From contig OZ024743.1 of assembly GCA_964016885.1 (NCBI GenBank), positions 87,730,001 through 87,794,000 of the forward strand: a stretch of 64,000 bases of DNA, written 5' to 3'. This DNA comes from Eledone cirrhosa (lineage: Eukaryota). Position 1 is the first letter of the stretch, and the number at the start of each line of letters is the position of its first letter. Both the position numbers and the translations under genes were made by a program. Below the pieces are notes generated by a model that was given only the letters and a program-made list of their open reading frames with translations, ran no database searches and was not told the origin of the DNA. Positions 55,747 to 64,000 of the stretch are shown here, piece by piece.

Positions 55747-56290
55747 ATCGGAGAAAGCTAATAGCGATACTCCGGCCAAATTCGAACTCACTCAACAAAC
55801 ATTAGGAAATACCTAAGTATATTCCCAATTAAATGTTTGGGTGCTAACTATATTGTATTGTGTGGATAATTGGCTGTATTATTTCATATGAGCTATATCA
55901 AATATATCTCTTCCCAAACGACTCGTTTCATTATAAGATTTCTACAAGCTGGGTGAAAATATACCAAGTTATGTAGAAGCTTGTATAAGATCAACAGACA
56001 CTTATTCAAGTGGGCTCTTCAGTGGGTAACCCAATAATATTAATATTGATAACCAAATCAACATCAATATTTAGCGATAATCACCATCAGTGTTTGAGGG
56101 AGCTGCTAGGTTGTTAGTCCAGCAGTTCTAAAGAAAATCCCACACTGTCCCGAAAATGGGAGGAAGGAGGCTACCGCCAAAAACAATACATGCGCAGGTC
56201 GTTGAACTCTGACAAGAATTCAAGTCACGTGCTAAGAACTCAATTGGATATGAAAAAATATTCACATGTGCGCACCGCTAAATGACATAT
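55747..56290 (-). mobile_element. Diverged relative of 53953-54601; branched HHR at 55913-56026 with the 5' strand of stem II deleted
   Basis: Minus strand reads CCCA-CTGAAGA-gcccac..two hairpins..TCTTATAAT-GAAA-CGAGTCG-TT-TGGG. Confidence 0.68.
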
Positions 56291-56329
56291 ATAGATATTT
56301 TATCGGGCAAAATAATATATATATATATA

Positions 56330-56450
56330 TAATTGTTTCTACTTTTGGCTCAAGGCCAGCAATTATCCCAGTGCATTACTGGTACTTTATTTTATCGACC
56401 CCGTAAGGATGAAAGGCAAAGTTAACCTCAGCGGGATTTGAACTCAGAAT
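56330..56450 (-). mobile_element. Meta-core SINE (5'-truncated)
   Basis: Same core. Confidence 0.8.
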
Positions 56451-56504
56451 GCCAATCATTTTAAGTTTGAATCTAACTGACATGCAAAAACATATATATA
56501 GGAA

Positions 56505-56537
56505 TAACCCTAACCCTAACCCTAACCCTAACCCTAA
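56505..56537. repeat. Short interstitial telomeric-type (CCCTAA)5
   Basis: Directly visible. Confidence 0.85.
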
Positions 56538-57418
56538 GCCCAAATCATAGTAGATTCAAATATCAGAGAGAGAGAGGGGGGGTGTGGGGAGAGGAGAAGG
56601 AGGAGGAGGAGAAATGCGGTGGAACAGAAATGAAACATGGATTACAGGTTAAAATATAGTCTAGATAGATGAGAAACAAAACGAGGATGTAGTTTATGGA
56701 ACACCCAAATGATTTAGAAGTCGACCTTAAGTAGGAGCAATAACATTAAGAAAGGCATGAACGACACCACATCATTTTGTTTTGAAATTGTTGAAAGTAG
56801 GTTTATAAGTACGAATTTTCATAAGATTTTCGTAGTTTTCTCTCTAGCCTAGCGGTAAGTGCTAGAGACCGTGGAGATCCTGGCCTTGGGTTCAATCCTG
56901 GTCAAGCGGTACGTGCAACCTTTTTCAGTTTTTATTTTACAACCAATAGAAAAAACTGAAAAGGTTTACCGGGAAGCCTACTCAGGACCAGGATCACCAC
57001 CGTCTATGATACCTCCAACTAGGCCATCGAGACAGCTACAAAAGTATAATGAAAATTGATAATTATGAACCTACATTCAAAATCAAAGTTAAAAAGATGT
57101 GGTGTCGTTTATGGCTTTCCTAGGTCTATTAGTAATATTTAGGGTCGACTTCTGGTCATTATTGAAAGTCTCTGGATTTCGCAAAATACTTAATATTTTT
57201 TATTGGAGAAGGGAAGATATTTTTCCACAAAAATTTGATTGCACTGTTTTGTTTCTACTTACGTATTTTTCGAAAATGTTATTTATTCATTATAAAAATT
57301 AAATGATAGCATTCTATATGTGGATAAGACCCCTTCATCTCCTGGCAACCAATATTTTTAGACCCAGTCCACCACTCAATACAGGAACCACTAAGCCACG
57401 CACCTTCACAACCGCCCT

Positions 57419-57451
57419 CTGATGAAGTGCTAATAAACGCTGAAACTAGTC
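57419..57451 (+). ncRNA. Minimal hammerhead core with poor stem I
   Basis: CTGATGA-AGTG-ctaataaa-CGCT-GAAA-CTAG-TC; the flanks do not pair well. Confidence 0.45.
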
Positions 57452-57656
57452 AAATCAAAAACAAGCCGTGGTTTGTCTATGGTGCCTACTTTTCACAATA
57501 TATGTTTATTGTTAAATAATTATAACAAAAACATTCCACAGCCTTTACTTTATATTTCAACTAATGCTATTGCTGTTTAGTGTTCTTCTCATATATATAT
57601 ATACATGTGTGTGTGTGTGTCTGTGTGTGGGGGGGGTCTGTATGTCTGTCGTTGTG

Positions 57657-57693
<37 letters not shown>

Positions 57694-57695
<2 letters not shown>

Positions 57696-58368
57696 CATCT
57701 CAAATCTGCTGGACAGGACATAGCGTCCGCATGAAAGAAAGTAGGATCCCAAAGCAACTGTTTTACGGTGAGCTCCATCTTGAAAAAGGCCTCAACACAA
57801 ACCGAAAATGAGGTACAAGGACAGCATCAAAAGAACAACTTCAAAGAGCTGGCATTTGATATAGACAACTGGGAAAACATGGCTCTAAATAGGTCTGAGT
57901 AAAGAAAGCGCATAAAGGGCATTTGCAAAACCGTTGAGGATTGTTGTCTAGAACAGAAACAACTAAAGCATCAGCTCCGGAAGGGCTGTGCTCACAGTCA
58001 TGATGAAGTCAAATGATAGCATTCTATATGTAGGTGAACGCCCTTCATCCCCTGTCAACGTGTACTCCTCTCAAAAGCAAGTTATGTTAATCACCTGAAG
58101 TCACATGAAAAAATAACCACCCGCAACACCACTCAACAAAGACTTGGCGAAACAACGTGCGTGATATGCAACAAAGTGTGTAGAACAAGTTCCGGATTAA
58201 AAAAACACATGGTGGTGCATAAAGATTGTGTCCCACAAAATGACTCCACCAATCCTGTGGAAATTACAACTCTCTTCTGTTGCATGTGTCGTAAACAATG
58301 TAGATCAGCAGCTGGACTATAAAGTCATATACGAAGTCATGGGCGCAGATAGATTGACAATGCAATCC
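57694..58368 (+). pseudogene. Decayed 3' end of an RTE-clade LINE with C2H2 zinc-finger-like remnants
   Basis: SQICWTGHSVRMKESRIPKQLFYGEL..RYKDSIK; downstream TCVICNKVCRTSSGLKKHMVVH; frameshifts and stops. Confidence 0.75.
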
Positions 58369-58488
58369 TCATGTATGTATGTATGTATGTATGTATGTAT
58401 GTATGTATGTATGTATGTATGTATGTATGTATGTATGTATGTTTGTATGTATGTATGTATGTATGTATGTATGTATGTATGTATGTAT

Positions 58489-59097
58489 GTCAGGTCACCA
58501 GTTGGTGCTACTGGTAACATGTATCCCACTACAACCTGTCTCATGGTCGGGTCGTTGGCGACTAAACTGGCAACCCCACCAAGGTTTCTTGGTGAGGAGG
58601 GTGACTTTGGACATCCTGCAGGACTAAAAACAAAACCTGTCAAAGGGCAAAGGAGCTCTTAAGAGTCAATGGCCATCCAAAATCACCGAGAGAGATGACC
58701 CCTTAGCCTTTGTCAAGGCAGAATTCTAGGAGAAGGAAAACTCTGATATAACACCCGCAACTCTGATGGTATCCAATGATGTTGACTTGTTCTTCTTTTT
58801 GGTAAATATCATCTTGGTTAAGAGAGTGGGACTGGCTTTGTGCAGTGCCTTTGCTCACTATAAAAGCTTCACGGCACAGGCATTGCTTTATATCTGGAGA
58901 TCTCTCTGCACTTGTCGTCACATGGTACCATGGGCCCAGCACTATGTGTCAATAATTGTCACAAGTGTAGTGTTTGTACCAGAGTTTTCAAGTCGCTGGC
59001 TGGACTAAAAAGTCACACTCGTTCAGCGCATCGGTAAGGGTTCTCCTACATGGATATAAAGTAGTGGCCGTACTCGAAAACGAGTTGGCAGCCACCA
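58489..59097 (+). mobile_element. Microsatellite-associated non-autonomous retroelement, second subfamily
   Basis: Shares the 5' ~390 nt and the 3' GGCCRTACTCGA.AACGAG..GGCAGCCAYC end with 59179-59770; (ATGT)n on both sides. Confidence 0.78.
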
Positions 59098-59178
59098 TGT
59101 ATGTATGTATGTATGTATGTATGTATGTATGTATGTATGTATGTATGTATGTATGTGTCTATGAATCTATGTATGTAT

Positions 59179-59770
59179 GTCGGGTCACTCTTGAGTGCTA
59201 CTGGTAACATGTAACCCAGTACAACCTGTCACATGGTCGGGTCGTCGGCGACTAAACCGGCAACCCCATCAAGTTTACTTGGTTAGGATGGTGATTTTAG
59301 ACACCCTGCAGGACAAAAAACAAAACCTGACAAAGGGCTGAAGAACACATAAGTGAACGGCCCCCCAAAAATGAGTAAATATGTATATACATATGTATAT
59401 ATGTGTATATGTATATACATGTATACATGTGTGTATATATGCGCGGGGACATAGAAATAATCGAGCTGGATACCCGATCGCGCGGTTAAACCACTGGGAG
59501 TGAAGGACCCCTAGCCTTTGTCAGGAAATTCGGATAACTCCGATATAAAACCTGCGGCTCAGTAGTTACCGATGATGTTGATCTTTTCTTCTTTGCGGGT
59601 TATAGCTACTGTCGCTCAGAAAGTGGGATTGGCTCAGTGCACAGTCTTTCCTCACTTTAAAAAAAATCTTCACGCACAGGCATTGCACGATAGCATTAAT
59701 CGATAATTATTAATAAATTAATAATGTTATAGCGTACAATGGCCATACTCTATAATGAGGGGCAGCCATC
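59179..59770 (+). mobile_element. Microsatellite-associated non-autonomous retroelement
   Basis: Full-length-looking copy with (ATGT)n on both sides. Confidence 0.8.
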
Positions 59771-59931
59771 ATGTATGTATGTATGTATGTTGATAGTTTG
59801 TGGTACTGTGACGAGGAAAACCTCAAATTAAAGAAATATTCGTTACATGGTAAGATACAGAGTGGGTATATTAGTTGAAGAAGATATACCACGAGATCGG
59901 TGGCTTCGGCTAGTTACCTCTTCTCATATAA

Positions 59932-60019
<88 letters not shown>

Positions 60020-60232
60020 ATACATTCGACCTGTTTCTATATATCGATGTTGTGGTATAACTATGGCCATATACATTCGCTTTATTCTCGGTGTCATACT
60101 TTATTAACTTTCTGTGTTTAGTCTGAATGAAAACGTATTAAGTTTTCACGTCATTCAGGCTTTTGTGATTGCTTCAAACAATTCAATTGGTATCTGCTAC
60201 ACTGCATCTACAACTTCGATTTATACTCATTA

Positions 60233-60299
<67 letters not shown>

Positions 60300-60303
<4 letters not shown>

Positions 60304-60475
60304 CTGAGTTTTTCGAATATTAATAATAATATTCGATTCGCTGGCAATTATGTAAACAGCCTCTTAAGCCATGTGAGTAGAATGACGAGGTTATTCTACT
60401 CACAAAGCTTAAGAGGCTGTTTGCATAATTTCAAACGAATCGAATATCTATTAATATTCGAAAAACTCAGATTTA
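60300..60475. repeat. ~175-bp imperfect palindrome abutting (TA)n
   Basis: AAATCTGAGTTTTTCGAATATTAATA..GTGAGTAGAAT / ATTCTACTCAC..TATTAATATTCGAAAAACTCAGATTT. Confidence 0.85.
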
Positions 60476-60797
60476 CATTCTTGTATTCAGCCATGTAGAG
60501 CGATAAAATAGGGAGTGTAACGTGGAGTTACTGTAGGTTAACCCGGGTGAGTACTCGATGTTTAGGTTCAAGTCAGTATCGAGGTGTAGAGCTAGACAGA
60601 GTGTGATTTAATATATGTGTCGATCTGGCCTGACTCTGGAAACAAAAGCTCGTCATTACTACTACAGAGATCCGACGAGCTTTTGATTCCAGAGTCAGGC
60701 CAGATCAATACAGATCGAACCTTGTGCTGATCAGTAACGAAACGCGCGCCACCAAACAATAAACGTAATGAAGGAGTAACCATTCGTCCTTGTATTA

Positions 60798-60847
<50 letters not shown>

Positions 60848-61269
60848 GTTCTTTGAATCTCAGTCATTGATGTCATTTAACTGGAAAGTTTGTTGAAATG
60901 AATATCAAGCCGCTACCTGCAGCCTCAGATATTCAGGACGTATCGGAGGGTTCTTGCTGTTCCCAGCAAGCATGCCTTTTGAAGCGTTCCAAAAAGCGGG
61001 GCGGGGCCAATTTTCTTTAACCATCCCTGGAAACTTTTTGAGATAGTACCTAGTGCGCCTATGACAATCGGGACCACTTTGACTTCATGGCAGTTCCAAA
61101 TCCTTTTTACCTCCCACTTTAAGTCCTGGTATCGGTTAATTTTCTCCCTCTCCTTCTCTTGCACTCTCGTGTCGAATGGGCAGGCCACATCCACAATCAG
61201 GCACGATCTTTTTTCTTTGCCCACAACCACCAGGTCAGGTCTATTGTGTTCCAGTTTCTTGTCCGTCTG
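60848..61269 (-). mobile_element. 5'-truncated R4/Dong-like LINE (RLE domain only, CDS remnant 60925-61269)
   Basis: QTDKKLEHNRPD...IVDVACP...EKINRYQDL...PIVIGALG; (TAA)n on both sides. Confidence 0.85.
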
Positions 61270-61437
61270 TATTATTATTATTATTATTATTATTATTTGC
61301 ATTTATCTTGCTTTATGTTTATACGAGTTATCACCAAGTCACAACCAGTGACCTCAAGAGACAACAAGGTCCGCCATGTTCAAGAAAGAACATACATATT
61401 CACACATGCATCCTTATTGTTTAGACTTGTGATGTAC

Positions 61438-64000
61438 TTATATTGACAGGATCTTCCTTAGTATATGGGCAGTTCCCATTAGTACTATCTTTTGTATTTC
61501 TCCTATACGCGGGTTTCCTGGGATTTGCGATAAGTAGTCGTTAGACCCCTTAGGTATCATTCCCAGAGCGCCTACAACCACTGGTATTGTTTTAGTTCTC
61601 AATTTCCACATTTTTCCAATTTCTATCTCCAGGTCCTTATACTTGCTCAATTTTTCAAATGTTTTTATAGATACATTCTTGTCTATTGGAACGGACATAT
61701 CAATTAGCAAGCATACCCTCCTTTGAAAGTCCTTCAATATTATATCAGGTCTATTTGCATCTATTTTTCGGTCTGTTTGGATGCTAAAGTTCCACAAGAT
61801 TGAGATGTGATCTTTTTCAAGTATGGGAGGTGGTTGATGCTCCCACCAATTCTTTTGATGGGGCAGGTCAAAATGCTTACACATTATCCAATGTATGTAT
61901 TGTGCAGCTCTGTCATGCCTGTTTAGGTATTCGGTTGGAGCTATAGGACTGCACATTGAAATTATATGGTCAATGGTCTCTGGTTGTTTTTTGCATACAC
62001 GGCATAATGGGCTGCACCCATTTTTTATTATGTTGGCTTGGTAATTTTTTGTTGGCAGACACTGATCTTGTGCCGATATAATCAGTCCTTCAGTCTCCGA
62101 TTTCAGTCCAGAGGATGCCAACCACTGATGGGTTAAAGTTTTGTCAACATCAGGATTGTTAGCTCGCTCTGGGTATTTTCCATACAGAGGCTTTTCTTGC
62201 CATTTCTTAGCCAGTTTCTGTAGCAGTTCTTTCTTTGCAGTTACTTTTACCTGCTTTGCTTTTTCTGTGTTTTCCATTTCAACAGTAAATGGGACTTCTG
62301 AAATTTGTAGTCCATTACTGTATCTTTGTGCATCTTTTGTAATGGAATATGATCTTTTGGTGCTTTCGTGTTTCAAAACGAGTTTGATCATCCAATCATG
62401 TGATTCCCTTAGATATGTGGATAATCCAATTGTTGCAGTTTTCAACGCAATGTCTAACTGGATTAACCCACGTCCTCCTTCTTTCCTAGGGAGATATATT
62501 CTATCTATGTCTGCCTTAGGGTGATGCATTCTGTGCATGGTTAAGAATTTTCGGATTTTTGTATCGAGCCTACGGATCTCTGTGCTTGACCAGTTGATGA
62601 CATTGTAACTGTAGGTTACTACTGGTATGGCAAGCGTGTTTATGGCATCGATCCTATTCCTTGCATTCAATTCCGTTCTTAAGATTGCTCTGACTCTGCG
62701 GTAACATTCCTTCCTTATCCTTTCCCTCATTGTCGAGTGCTTGATTCCGTCTCCTTCACAAACACCTAGATATTTGTAAGTTTTTTCTTGATCAAGCTCT
62801 CTTATCACGTTCCCCCGATCAAGATTAATGTCTGAACTCTTCAGCAGCTTTCCTCTGGTGAACGTTGCTTTGGCGCATTTATCCAGTCCAAACTCCATTT
62901 TAATGTCATCACTGAACTGCTTCACAGTGGATAATAGCCCTTGCAATTGTTCATCATTTTTTGCAAATAGTTTCAGGTCATCCATGTAGAACAGGTGATT
63001 ATTGGTTTTGTCATAGACTCTATATCCATGTTTTGTTTCATTGAGCATTTTACTTAATGGTATAAGTGCGATGCAGAATAAAAGCGGTGATAAAGAGTCA
63101 CCCTGAAAAATTCCACAATTAATGTTAACTTCTCCAGCTTCCAGTGATTTTGTTTCACTATTCAAAAGGAGTGTCGTTCTCCATGTCCTCATACTGAATG
63201 ACAAAAACCTCCTGACAACGGGGGATATTTTGAAAATCTCTAAACATTTTTCAATCCAACTGTGTGGCAAACTATCGAATGCTTTTTTATAATCTATCCA
63301 AGCAATCGATAGATTTTTGTGTCTATTATGACAATCTTCCAGTATCATTTTGTTAACCAGAAGCTGATCCTTACAGCCATATGAGCCTCGTTTACACCCT
63401 TTCTGCTCAATGGGAAATAGGTCATTTGTTATCAGGTGGTCATATGTGTATTCAGTTAGGACTGATGTTAAAATTTTATACATTGTGGTCAAGCAGGTTA
63501 TCGGTCTGTAATTTTTGGGATTGTTTGTCTCATCATTCTTCGGTAGCAGGAATGTAATGCCGTTAACTAGCCATGATGGTATCTTTTCTGGCTCCTTAAC
63601 TATTTCATTGTAAAGTTGGGCTAACAGCTCATGAGACTCTGTGAAGGCATTTATCCAAAAGTTTTGTATTTTGTCTTTTCCTGGGGATTTCCATTTGCTG
63701 GTTTTTCTTAGAGCCAAGCGCAGCTGTTCAACTGTTATATTTTCCCATGTTTGTTCTTCAAGGTGAGCTGTTTCTTTCATTTGTCTGTCTATCCATGGGG
63801 CATGTATGTTATGAACTTTTTCTTCGGCCCAGATTTTTCCCAGAATTCTTGCACTTCCTCCTTGGGTGGTATTGATTTAGCAGTTATTGTTGACTTACCA
63901 ATTTTTCTGTAGAAGTTTCTTTGGTTGTTTTTGAACATATTATTGTCCTTATAGAATCTAGATCGTTTTTCAAAGCGCCTTATACGAGCAGCTTTGGCCG
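61438..64000 (-). CDS. R4/Dong-like LINE ORF: RT + CCHC + restriction-like endonuclease; runs off the window, one frameshift near 63835
   Basis: YRPITCL, EQKG, WIDYKKAFDS, GIFQGDSLSP, FYMDD, CRVC..ETIDH..C, RHD, RPD..D and KLSKY. The upstream frame (RIRRF...FYRK...EFW) joins if one base is added in the GGGAAAAA run. The 3' UTR (61297-61437) ends at (TAA)n. Confidence 0.9.

Noticed and set aside
56505-56537. (CCCTAA)5 as a sign of a chromosome end or telomere-targeted element
   Set aside because: Only five units, with ordinary sequence on both sides and no adjoining element end.

Overview
This is AT-rich, microsatellite-saturated animal DNA. It is probably cephalopod/octopus-like, an inference from the Meta-domain tRNA-SINE family and the extreme simple-repeat load. 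No host gene can be supported. The real coding content is retrotransposon-derived: (1) an intact Penelope-like element (PLE; RT plus C-terminal GIY-YIG, 343-2664) between 178-bp direct pLTRs; (2) two 5'-truncated PLEs; (3) a full-length two-ORF L1/Tx1-clade LINE (39685-45390, minus); (4) two R4/Dong-like RLE LINEs at the right end; (5) RTE fragments. The rest is SINEs, MITEs, a Helitron-like element and mini/microsatellites, and nearly all other ORFs in the track are repeat artefacts. The main hidden signal is non-coding. Folding by eye gives at least 10 canonical-core type I hammerhead ribozyme (HHR) motifs plus several degenerate ones, from many unrelated families and mostly in short inserts beside (TA)n tracts. 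Several have unusually large, branched stem II domains, and several share a C.C or Y.C mismatch at base pair 4 of stem II. One ORF-less ~430-nt family occurs as circularly permuted, retrozyme-like copies. Each retroelement class appears to occupy its own microsatellite motif. All structures were folded manually and none was computed or searched.
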